Source of the DNA: Promethearchaeota archaeon
GTDB lineage: Archaea; Asgardarchaeota; Lokiarchaeia; Sigyniarchaeales; SOKP01
DNA length: 37,253 bases
Reading direction: 5' to 3'
Assembly: GCA_016839765.1 (NCBI GenBank)
Contig: JAEOTP010000085.1
Location: forward strand, 1-37,253
A program made the position numbers and the translations under genes. Below the pieces are notes generated by a model. That model was not told the origin of the DNA, ran no database searches, and saw only the letters and a program-made list of their open reading frames with translations. Of the stretch, positions 28,882-37,253 are shown one piece after another. Position 1 is the first letter of the stretch. Each line of letters begins with the position of its first letter.

Positions 28882-30183
28882 TCAGAGATATTTTTCCAAC
28901 GCCTTTCTGACTTCCATAGCCGCAATATGAGGCAATTTACGCGCCACTCTCATATCATCACCCATCTCTGCACCACCAATTACTTCATGTGGAATAATAT
29001 CTCCAAACATATGAAAATCTGCATCATATCCATATGGACAACAATTGAATAAAATATTACGATTTTTGTCAATTTCAATATCATCTAAAGCTTGAAAAAG
29101 AAACTTTAAAGATTTTGCTAGATCTTTTATCTGATTAATTTTTAATTGAGAAAATCTTCTTATATGTTCATTTGGATGAAATCTGATGTGATAATTTCTC
29201 ACCGGACTCCCTGTAGTATAAAAAGTCCAAAATCTGGATTTTGATATAATTCGGTCGGTATCTCCATGTGAAGTTTCACAAAGATGACAATTATCACCCA
29301 TTTCTTTAAACGCTCGTAAATACCCTTCTAATCTTGATCCATGACCATCACCATTTAAATCAATAAATACTTGACTGTGTAAGCGGGGTTGTGATCCCCC
29401 TACTTTCATTCCTATATTAAAAAAAGGACTTACAGGAATATCGTAAAAATCTTTCTCAATTGCCTCCAAAATCGAGTATAATATCGCTTCTTTCATTGAT
29501 AAAAATATCCCTGCTAGAATTTCCTCTGGAATTAAATTAAAACATAAGGATGGGTAGAATTTTTTCGAAAGAGTCACTAAATTAATCCCTTTAGCAAGTT
29601 TCAAGTGGGATGGTAATAGTTCTGATATTTTTTTTTCAATTTCAGGATCAACTACTCTGGCCATTGAGGGATATCTATTTACCAAAGTTACGGCTTTTAC
29701 ATTATCCGGAATTCTTTCAATTCGATGTGGAATATCGGCAAAAGGATTATCTTGCTTTTTTTCATCTTCGGTAATTATAATAGTGTAACCATCTCCTAAC
29801 TGAGATCCCCAATGATCATAAGCGATCTTACCCTCTATAACAGACGTAAACACATCCTTATATTTAGCAACCATGTGTTTTTTGCAATCAAAAAATTGTT
29901 TTTCCTCTTCTATAGTTTTAAATCCCTTAGGTCTTTTACCACGAATTGGAGAAAGGTAAGAATAATGACCATAAAATCGTTTTTGTTTCTTATGAAGACC
30001 AAATTCGTTAGTGGTAATCATAGTTGTTGATAAAGGATCCCATCTTTTAATAGGAACATCATAACTAGTTTTACCCTTAAAATTCTCTTTATTTATTATT
30101 CCCCATTCCATAAAAGCTGGAAGCATTTTTTTTTCATTTTGATTCGTATATTTCACCATTTTTTTCATATCCAAAGAACCCAT
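28882..30183 (-). CDS. GalT-like HIT-superfamily nucleotidyltransferase
   Basis: RWDPL, RGKRP, NRYP, GGSQPRLHSQ (HxHxQ variant), CHLCE, FHMFGDIIP, GGAEMG. Confidence 0.8.
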   Translation of the reverse strand: MGSLDMKKMVKYTNQNEKKMLPAFMEWGIINKENFKGKTSYDVPIKRWDPLSTTMITTNEFGLHKKQKRFYGHYSYLSPIRGKRPKGFKTIEEEKQFFDCKKHMVAKYKDVFTSVIEGKIAYDHWGSQLGDGYTIIITEDEKKQDNPFADIPHRIERIPDNVKAVTLVNRYPSMARVVDPEIEKKISELLPSHLKLAKGINLVTLSKKFYPSLCFNLIPEEILAGIFLSMKEAILYSILEAIEKDFYDIPVSPFFNIGMKVGGSQPRLHSQVFIDLNGDGHGSRLEGYLRAFKEMGDNCHLCETSHGDTDRIISKSRFWTFYTTGSPVRNYHIRFHPNEHIRRFSQLKINQIKDLAKSLKFLFQALDDIEIDKNRNILFNCCPYGYDADFHMFGDIIPHEVIGGAEMGDDMRVARKLPHIAAMEVRKALEKYL

Positions 30184-30455
30184 TGGTTTTACATTTATTT
30201 CAATATAAATGACTTATTCAATTCTAATTAATTAATCTTTTTAGTCAAAAAAAGATCTATATAAATTACAAAAATGTTTAGTAAAACTTAAAAAAAAATC
30301 AAAAATTTTTATTTTACTTCACTTTTACATAAATGTACAAAAGTAAGTATTTCTCTGATTTTTACCATCTATGAAATAAAAAAAAAAAGGAAAAAAGATA
30401 AAAAACTTATAAATTCACTCAAACTGATAAATAATTATATCTGAAAAGCGATTTT

Positions 30456-30746
30456 CTAATATTCTAACCTCTTAACGATTTTATATGTTTTAAATTCACG
30501 AACAGGTTCAGAATTCTCATCTAATTTCTCAATAGGTATGCGAACAAAATGTTCATCATCAAAATCTTCAATATTACTATCATTGAAATTAACAATATTA
30601 TTAGCAGCTTTAAGTTCTTTTAAAAGGAAGTCTCTAACTGCACATCTTATTAATTCAGATCGAGATGGATAAAGACCATTCTCTCCAATCAACTTATTGA
30701 TAGCATCAATATAACTTTCGGGTACATTAACTGTGACAATCTTCAT
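30456..30746 (-). CDS. Ribbon-helix-helix (CopG/Arc/MetJ) transcription regulator
   Basis: MKIVTVNVPESYIDAINKLI..GLYPSRSELIRCAVRDFL. Confidence 0.92.
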   Translation of the reverse strand: MKIVTVNVPESYIDAINKLIGENGLYPSRSELIRCAVRDFLLKELKAANNIVNFNDSNIEDFDDEHFVRIPIEKLDENSEPVREFKTYKIVKRLEY

Positions 30747-31249
30747 TTAAAAGTCGCCTTAACCTCTAATTTTTTTTAAATTTCTCTATATAATATTTTA
30801 TTGCAATATGGTATTTAAACCTTTTTTTTTAACCTATTAATATGTATTTAAAATTATAATTTTCCTTATTTGAAAAATTGAAATAATTCCTTAAAGAGTT
30901 AATAATAAAGTAAACATATTGAAGAAGATTGAGCCTTTTGCTTGAATTTAAAAAGATTATTGAAAATATTTTTGAAAATTTTTTAAGACTGATGAACGAA
31001 AGTGATTTTTTTTTTTAAATTTAAGAAAAAATTGAAATTCAATTTTTAAGAGTAGAGAAAAAAAATAATTTTCTATTTTTTTCCTAAGAATAACTGGAAA
31101 TTATCTATACATCAAGGATTATGATTAAATTTAGTATATCGTTGTAAAAATTAAGTATTTAGGTTTCCTTGCATTACTATAAGAGGAAATAACTATTTTT
31201 TAAATTATTTACACTGTTTTCTTCGATGCCAGTTTAAAAAAAACCTTAG

Positions 31250-32284
31250 TTAGTATTCATCATCTAAATTTACAACATTTATAAGATTCTGCCTTCCTTG
31301 AGCAACTCTTTTTATATTTTCAATAACTTCATTCCATCTTAATAAATCATTAAACGGAGAATAGCCTCGATGGGGAGAAAGTATAATATTTTTAAGTTCA
31401 TAAAAGGGAAAATTAAAGGGGTATTTCTTTCCTTTTTCGTCAGCTATAGTTGTGTTATTGTACCAAACATCAATTGCAGCTCCTAAAATAAGGTTATTTT
31501 TTAAAGCAATAAAAAGACTTTCTTCATTAACTATTTCCCCTCGAGAAACATTAACTAATATTCCATTAGATCCTAATAGCTTTAATTCTTCAATTTTTAT
31601 CATATCTCCAGTTAACGAAGTAGATGGAAGCGCAATTATTAAAATATCAATTTCTTCTAAGAATTCTTTAAGTTGGGAAGAAATATACTTTTTTGCTTCA
31701 GTTATTAAAGTTTCTTTCTGTTTCTCCCAATTTCTTCTTAAAATAGAAAAATTAATATCAAAACCAGAGAGCATTTTGTGAACTTTTTGATTTATAGCCC
31801 CATATCCGAGTAAACCCACTTTTCGAAATCTTAAGGGAATAGAGGCTCCTTCCTTATCTCCAGTTCTCCAAATGCCTTTTTTCATATAATCATGATGAAG
31901 TATTGTTTTATTCATTAAAGTTAATAGAAGTGCAACAGCATGTTGTGCTACAAAATAAGAGTTTCCATGGCCATTAACAAGTAATACTTCTCTCTCCTTA
32001 TTTAATTCCCGGAATAATTCTATTAAATGGCGAACACCTGCTCCTGGATTTACAAAAAACCGCATTTTCTTAGCAGACATCAATAAATTTCTTGTAGGGC
32101 GCCATCCAATTAAAATATCAGCATTTAAAACACTTTTTGATATGCTCATCTGATTTTTACCACTTGAAAAATTAAGTACTACATTCTTCACATCTGTTAA
32201 TTTGTTTTTTAAGTATTTTTGAACATTATCAGGAATGTTATCAATAAAACAAACATTTATTGAAGTTTCTTTTAATTTATTCAT
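31250..32284 (-). CDS. D-isomer-specific 2-hydroxyacid dehydrogenase family protein
   Basis: GLLGYGAI Rossmann motif, LVNVSRGEIVNE, AAIDVW, ILSPHRG. Confidence 0.92.
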   Translation of the reverse strand: MNKLKETSINVCFIDNIPDNVQKYLKNKLTDVKNVVLNFSSGKNQMSISKSVLNADILIGWRPTRNLLMSAKKMRFFVNPGAGVRHLIELFRELNKEREVLLVNGHGNSYFVAQHAVALLLTLMNKTILHHDYMKKGIWRTGDKEGASIPLRFRKVGLLGYGAINQKVHKMLSGFDINFSILRRNWEKQKETLITEAKKYISSQLKEFLEEIDILIIALPSTSLTGDMIKIEELKLLGSNGILVNVSRGEIVNEESLFIALKNNLILGAAIDVWYNNTTIADEKGKKYPFNFPFYELKNIILSPHRGYSPFNDLLRWNEVIENIKRVAQGRQNLINVVNLDDEY

Positions 32285-32411
32285 ACTTTATTTTTGTTTT
32301 TTTAAGTAATAATTATTACCTAAGTTCTATTAGGTATTAAATAAATTTTTATATGCAGTTCGTTGATATATTTATAAAAAGAACGTAAACAATAAGATAA
32401 AGGTAGAAATT

Positions 32412-33809
32412 TTGTCAGAAGAAAAATTGTTTGAAATCTTTGTCAATAGTTTAGAATTCGATATCAATGATTATTTTGTTGAGGAACTTAGTGATCTTCA
32501 AAAAGAAATAATTGATGATGCAACTTTCATTTTGAAAGAAAATGTAGTAGGAGATATTAAATCACTCGGAGGTTCTATTAAACTAAATCAAGATAAATTT
32601 GATGAATTAATGAAAAAAGCTGAAACTGAACTGGAAAATGTAAAATATAAAGAAATAAAAAAGGTATTAAAAGATTATTTGAAAAAATTAAAGGAATTGA
32701 TCCTTAAAACATGTTTAGCAATAATACCTGTTAAGGAATTACCTTGGGTTGATTTAGTCTTTCGGACTATTCCTCGAATCATGTATGAAAATAATCAGCT
32801 GACCTTTTTAGATAATGCAATTGCTTATTATGGGGAAATTAAGTGTTTTATTGGAAGGACAACTGTATATGGGAAAATAAAAGATCAAAAACCATTATTC
32901 GCCCCTTTTACTGGTAATCTGGATTTACATGGGTATAACCTAGATGATTCTGAAAAGGGCCCGAAATCTAAAATTTTCCCATATGTAAATGCCATCATTA
33001 ATGCAATGGATTCTACTTTAACGACTAGTCAGTTGGCTAAATACCATGAAAATTTTCAAAGACACGGAGATCCAATATGCGATTTCTTAATGGGGGATGA
33101 AGAATTATTAGAATCAATGGAAAAAATTAATTCAGGATTAGATTCTACTAGAATTAAGTCAGATATAACTATTTGCAGTTTAGCATTACCCATTCCCTCA
33201 GATAGTACCACCTTAATTCTTGTTGCTGAAGAGGGTGAAGATCAAAACAAATATTCGAGGTGTTTTGAAGCTTTTTTAAAATTATCTGCTGCATGTTGCC
33301 AAGTACCTTCTATAAAACAAGAAACAGTATCTCAACCGCCAGGAGCTATTAGTACTCCAGGAGGTCAACAATTAAAAGCATGGACTGCAGAGGAATTAGC
33401 GCAAGAAGCCCAAAAAAGAATGGCTGCCCAACCTAACATTCCTGCATGGACAGAGGATGAACTAGCAAAATTTTCAAGTGAAAGAGGGTCTGGAATTCCA
33501 GAAGGAATGGAAGTATGGACTGAAGAAGATTTACAAGAATTAGCAGAGAAACGGCGTGGGGGAGGATTAAATATTCCAGAATGGGCACCTGATGAAAAAA
33601 TGACTGAATGCTCTAATTGTGGCTATAGTCTTAGACCAGGATGGACAAAATGTCCTATATGTGAAACTTCCGTAGGAGAAAAACCTCCAGAAAAGCCTGA
33701 AGAAGAACTTCCTAAAGAAGAACCCCCTGAAGAAGAACCCTCTGAAGAAAATGTAGAGCCATCAGATGAAGAATTAAACAAAGAGGAAGAAAATAACGGC
33801 GAAAATTGA
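32412..33809 (+). CDS. Hypothetical protein with C-terminal WTxE/DE/DL repeats, zinc ribbon and acidic tail
   Basis: TTG start after AGGTAG; globular N-terminal ~300 aa, three repeats, CSNC...CPIC and an E/P-rich tail. Confidence 0.8.
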   Translation: MSEEKLFEIFVNSLEFDINDYFVEELSDLQKEIIDDATFILKENVVGDIKSLGGSIKLNQDKFDELMKKAETELENVKYKEIKKVLKDYLKKLKELILKTCLAIIPVKELPWVDLVFRTIPRIMYENNQLTFLDNAIAYYGEIKCFIGRTTVYGKIKDQKPLFAPFTGNLDLHGYNLDDSEKGPKSKIFPYVNAIINAMDSTLTTSQLAKYHENFQRHGDPICDFLMGDEELLESMEKINSGLDSTRIKSDITICSLALPIPSDSTTLILVAEEGEDQNKYSRCFEAFLKLSAACCQVPSIKQETVSQPPGAISTPGGQQLKAWTAEELAQEAQKRMAAQPNIPAWTEDELAKFSSERGSGIPEGMEVWTEEDLQELAEKRRGGGLNIPEWAPDEKMTECSNCGYSLRPGWTKCPICETSVGEKPPEKPEEELPKEEPPEEEPSEENVEPSDEELNKEEENNGEN

Positions 33810-33980
33810 TTAATATAGAATATATTAAAAAGTTAAATTATCAATTTCATGAATAAATATGGTTGAATTTGTCAATAAAACCAAAAAATATAAAAGGAGC
33901 TTAATTGACTTAGATTCCAAACTTTTTTTAATAATTTTTTATTTACAACATTAAGGAAATTAATCTTTTAGGAAAAATTA

Positions 33981-35021
33981 TTGTTATCCACTATTTTTTT
34001 ATTAAAGGGTAAAAACTTTCATGACCTTAACCAGTTAGATATCTATAGTTATCCAGAAGATATCGTTAGAAATAATAACAAAGATTTCATTGAAAAGATT
34101 ATTTTTGGACATGATCAAGGTATGATAAGAGAAGGGTTTCGCAGTAGCCAAACTGTCCTTCGAAATCATGATATTAATAAAAAAAATCAGGATAATTTTA
34201 TAATAGGTATTCCCATTCCTCAAAAAATTGATGAGAATAATATATACACAATTAGTATTAACTCAAAAATGATTATTGGTTTAATCTTTGATGAAGAGGA
34301 TAACCCTTATGATTTTAAAGAGATCTTTGAAGATTTATCTTATGAGTTAATAAATAATGAAAAATGCTGCTCTTTTGAAGATGAGTTAGAAATCGAAAAC
34401 TTGTTAATAACATTATTTATAGATTTACGCAGATATGGTGATGAGATTTTAGCGAAATATCCAGAAGTGTCCTTTCAACCAGTAGGGATGTTTATAAAAG
34501 TATTTTTATTTGGAATTGATGAATCGGGAAAAACTTCTTTAGTGAGAAGGATTAAAACAGGTCAATTTGATGATAATTTCTTTGCTCCTACAAGAAAATT
34601 TGATATTAAATATGTCCAAAAAGAAAAAGATTTCCTTGCCTTTTGGGATATTCCCGGTCAAATTTCATTTCGTGAAAAGTGGTTAAAGGGTATCCAAGAT
34701 TCAAATATATTAGTCTATATGATTGATGTTGCTAATCAACTACGTTTTGAGGAATCTAAACAAGAATTTTGGAATGTTATAAACGAAGAAGTGACACCAG
34801 AAATCCCTCTCTTAATTTTAGGAAACAAAATAGATTTAATTAATCATTCTAAGGACAATAATCAAAAACAGTTAACAAGAATAGAAAATGAAATTATTGA
34901 CTATTTTGAATTTCATAAATTGAGAGATAGAGAATGGAATTTCTTATTTACCTCAGTTAAAACCAATTATAACATTGAAACTGTATTAAATACAATTTTT
35001 TCCTTAACATCTCATATATAA
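33981..35021 (+). CDS. Arf-like small GTPase fused to an N-terminal (longin/uDENN-like?) domain
   Basis: G1 GIDESGKTS, G2 APT, G3 WDIPGQ..FR..W, G4 NKID and G5 TSVK. The ~165-aa N-terminal domain includes 'YSYPE' and 'IIGLIFDEEDNPYDFKEI'. Confidence 0.88.
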   Translation: MLSTIFLLKGKNFHDLNQLDIYSYPEDIVRNNNKDFIEKIIFGHDQGMIREGFRSSQTVLRNHDINKKNQDNFIIGIPIPQKIDENNIYTISINSKMIIGLIFDEEDNPYDFKEIFEDLSYELINNEKCCSFEDELEIENLLITLFIDLRRYGDEILAKYPEVSFQPVGMFIKVFLFGIDESGKTSLVRRIKTGQFDDNFFAPTRKFDIKYVQKEKDFLAFWDIPGQISFREKWLKGIQDSNILVYMIDVANQLRFEESKQEFWNVINEEVTPEIPLLILGNKIDLINHSKDNNQKQLTRIENEIIDYFEFHKLRDREWNFLFTSVKTNYNIETVLNTIFSLTSHI

Positions 35022-35110
35022 TCATTAAATTTATAAATCTGGACAGTTAAATTTCTATTATATTAAACATTTTCTTGAAATCAAAATATTAAATTTCTTA
35101 AAGATAAACT

Positions 35111-35707
35111 ATGTATAAACGATTAAAAAAAGAATTACAAATTAATATAGAAGATAAAGATGGACACTTATTCTTAGGTGAAAAAAAGAAAGATATACGC
35201 CTTTTAATGTTACGTCCTAATGAAATTCTCGAATTTGCAGAATTCGCGGGCAGTAATGCGGACGATATTCTTATATGGGTGGGGAAGACTCTTGGAAAAT
35301 CTCTACTGGAAAAATTTTTCTATGAAAAAGACTGGAGCACTGAAAATATGGCAACCAAAAAAGAAGTGGTACTAGGTATCTTGGAATCTTTAATTCTTAT
35401 GGGGTATGGAGCTCTAACTGGCACATTCAAAAAAGACCACATTATAGTTAATGTATATGAGTCCTTAGCAAGTCAAGAAAAAGATAATATTATGGCTAAA
35501 AACCTTTGTCTTCTGTATTTAGGAATATTTAACGGAGTATTTGAAATCTTAGGAATAGATGTTGATGGAAAAGAAATTGAATGTATTCTCACAGGCGGAG
35601 ATAAATGTTCATATAAATTTGATTTTATTGGTGAAGAGATTGATGATAAACTGGTTGATGAAGAATTATCAGATCAAGCAGTCTCTGATTTTTTAGCCTC
35701 TCTCTAA
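35111..35707 (+). CDS. V4R-domain (Bet3/TRAPP-related fold) protein
   Basis: 'RLLMLR', 'LIWVGKTLG', 'MGYG', 'LCLLYLGIFNGVF' and 'EIECILTGGDKCSYKF'. Confidence 0.85.
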   Translation: MYKRLKKELQINIEDKDGHLFLGEKKKDIRLLMLRPNEILEFAEFAGSNADDILIWVGKTLGKSLLEKFFYEKDWSTENMATKKEVVLGILESLILMGYGALTGTFKKDHIIVNVYESLASQEKDNIMAKNLCLLYLGIFNGVFEILGIDVDGKEIECILTGGDKCSYKFDFIGEEIDDKLVDEELSDQAVSDFLASL

Positions 35708-35857
35708 TTCATGTGTTCAAAAAAAGTTAAATTTTTTCCATTATCTTTAAAATTATCGTATGTTAAGAACTAGTTATAATCAAGCTAAGGTTAAGTGAAA
35801 AAATATAAAGCCTTATTAATATTAGAATTTAGGTAAGTCTAGATTTATTTAATAAGA

Positions 35858-36397
35858 ATGATTAACTACAAAAAGCATTTTTTTAAGACGATAATCGCTG
35901 GGGAGGGTGGTGTTGGAAAAACAACACTCTTACACCAATATATTAGAGGCGAATTTAGGCCAGAAGTTCAAAGTACGATTGGTTCTAATTTTTTTGTAAA
36001 ATATGTTAAAATTCCTCAAGCTAATAATATTTTAACCCTGCAGATCTGGGATCTTGCTGGTCAAGCTCGTTTTAAATGGGTTAGACAAGCTTTCTATAAA
36101 GGAACTAGAGGAATTGTATATATGTTTGATTTAACGCATTATGAATCATTTGAGAATTTGAATTTTTGGAAGGAGGAAATAGAGAGTACTGTTGGAGTTC
36201 AACCTAGTATATTGGTTGGAAACAAACTTGATTTATTAGAAACTGAAATTAGAGGTGTACCTTTAGAAGAATCAAACACTCTTAAGGCCAATCTTGCTTC
36301 CTGCGCTTATATTGAAACAAGTGCTAAATTTGGTACTGGAGTAGATGATTTATTTAGTAAACTTGCTATAGAGATGTATAAATCACAGGATTTTTAA
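35858..36397 (+). CDS. Rab-like small GTPase
   Basis: GEGGVGKTT, STIGSNF, LQIWDLAGQARF, FYKGT, MFDLT, GNKLD, ETSAK; no C-terminal prenylation motif. Confidence 0.93.
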   Translation: MINYKKHFFKTIIAGEGGVGKTTLLHQYIRGEFRPEVQSTIGSNFFVKYVKIPQANNILTLQIWDLAGQARFKWVRQAFYKGTRGIVYMFDLTHYESFENLNFWKEEIESTVGVQPSILVGNKLDLLETEIRGVPLEESNTLKANLASCAYIETSAKFGTGVDDLFSKLAIEMYKSQDF

Positions 36398-36477
36398 TAC
36401 AAAATTAGACCCATCAATTTATTTCTAGAAATGAAATTTCACACTAATTTTTTGAAAATAATATTTTTCAATCAATT

Positions 36478-37253
36478 TTATTGTTTCTTGATATATGATG
36501 CTATCATCATACCATAGTACGTGGGAGTTTCTCGAATTAATACATTTGGTATAAAATTTTTATTATCAATCATACCCTGGAGAATAACAAATCCGATGAA
36601 TCCACAACACAACGCTTTTTCCAAAAGAGGGAGAACTTTTTTGGTGAGAATTTTACTATCCAAACTTACAGCCCACTCTTGAATCATCTTATCAAATTTT
36701 TCTGCTTCCTCTGCAAACCCAAATGGTCCTTTAGGGTTATGTGTATGACCAAGATCAGCACTTATAATTATTACTACCCGTTTCTCGATCGACTCGAAGA
36801 AAAGGTTCAAATCATTTCCTAAAGTTATTGTTTCGAGTATTAATTCTTTAGTTTGTTCAAGTCTTCTCAGAGTTTGTGAGAGGATAATATATTCTGGATT
36901 TGACGATAGATTCCTCAAAAACCAGAGAGGAACTGCTTCACCCCATCGAATAGGAACATTAACACTCATCGTGTAAGCTGAAATCCCGTGGATTGCGGTC
37001 TCTTTTTCATATAAATAATTTAAAAGTTGATTGGATATTTCCTGATTGATTTTTACATTTACAGAATATTCTTGGTATTCACCATTCCATTCTGCAGTCC
37101 CACTGGCACACTTATTTAAATAAATCCCATAATCATTTGATAAAGCAATACTATGAGGTGTTGTTAGGAAAATAATCTCTGGTTGCAAATTATCAATAAT
37201 TTTTACAACTTTTTTCATTTCATTGTGTAAATTAATTGCTTGCTTTGGTATCC
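36478..37253 (-). CDS. LigB/class III extradiol dioxygenase subunit B-like (MEMO-related) protein, 5'-partial
   Basis: TTPHS, WGEAVPLWF, ISADLGHTH..GPFG, CCG, YYGM; frame stays open to the window edge. Confidence 0.8.
   Translation of the reverse strand, partial: IPKQAINLHNEMKKVVKIIDNLQPEIIFLTTPHSIALSNDYGIYLNKCASGTAEWNGEYQEYSVNVKINQEISNQLLNYLYEKETAIHGISAYTMSVNVPIRWGEAVPLWFLRNLSSNPEYIILSQTLRRLEQTKELILETITLGNDLNLFFESIEKRVVIIISADLGHTHNPKGPFGFAEEAEKFDKMIQEWAVSLDSKILTKKVLPLLEKALCCGFIGFVILQGMIDNKNFIPNVLIRETPTYYGMMIASYIKKQ

Noticed and set aside
30989-31001. CTGATGA-AC-GAAA resembling a hammerhead ribozyme core or a C/D box
   Set aside because: Only 2 nt lie where stem II should be, and there are no convincing flanking stems or partner box.
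33381-33584. WTxEE repeats as Myb/SANT domains
   Set aside because: The period is 22-23 aa rather than ~50 aa, and helices 2-3 of Myb are absent; kept only as a novel repeat.
33680-33800. GAAGAA/CCTGAAGAA nucleotide repeats as a tandem-repeat or CRISPR element
   Set aside because: Explained by the low-complexity Glu/Pro-rich protein tail; there is no repeat-spacer structure.
660-34223. Short alternative-frame or antisense ORFs in the track (660-842, 5646-5840, 11115-11297, 11310-11492, 19989-20393, 21932-22147, 22071-22427, 24179-24424, 27314-27505, 28393-28596, 29812-30030, 31452-31781, 34035-34223)
   Set aside because: All lie wholly inside well-supported genes and show no recognisable motifs; they are shadow ORFs.
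36432-36441. TGAAATTTCA as another copy of the operator
   Set aside because: It lacks the N7-spaced outer half-sites and lies between convergent gene ends; expected by chance in AT-rich DNA.

Overview
Very AT-rich archaeal chromosomal window, most consistent with Lokiarchaeia (Asgard archaea). The basis is archaeal RadA, a tRNA-splicing endonuclease, an A/V-type ATPase, Arf-like and Rab-like small GTPases and a V4R protein; this assignment is inferred, not searched. From left to right: (1) the 3' end of a DUF47/PhoU-like gene; (2) a complete A/V-type ATPase operon in the unusual order K-C-H-F-E-A-B-D-I, followed by a small membrane/zinc-ribbon gene; (3) housekeeping genes (endA, MEMO1-like, coiled-coil protein, PfkB kinase, membrane hydrolase, OsmC, MBL hydrolase, radA); (4) an alpha-glucan/glycogen-type cluster (degenerate PGM/PMM, two GH57 branching enzymes, NDP-sugar pyrophosphorylase, GalT-like HIT enzyme) split by a ~4.8 kb accessory block that holds a gene remnant, a condensation-domain acyltransferase and a tandem-wHTH regulator with a four-box operator; (5) an RHH regulator, a 2-hydroxyacid dehydrogenase, and a co-oriented group of a Trp-acidic repeat protein, an Arf-like GTPase with an extra N-terminal domain, a V4R/Bet3-like protein and a Rab-like GTPase. 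The best leads are this possible proto-TRAPP/GTPase module, apparent ATA/ATT start codons behind strong Shine-Dalgarno motifs, the TTTCA-N7-TGAAA operator array and the atypical ATPase. No rRNA, tRNA, CRISPR array or transposase was seen. All product calls come from motif recognition by eye.
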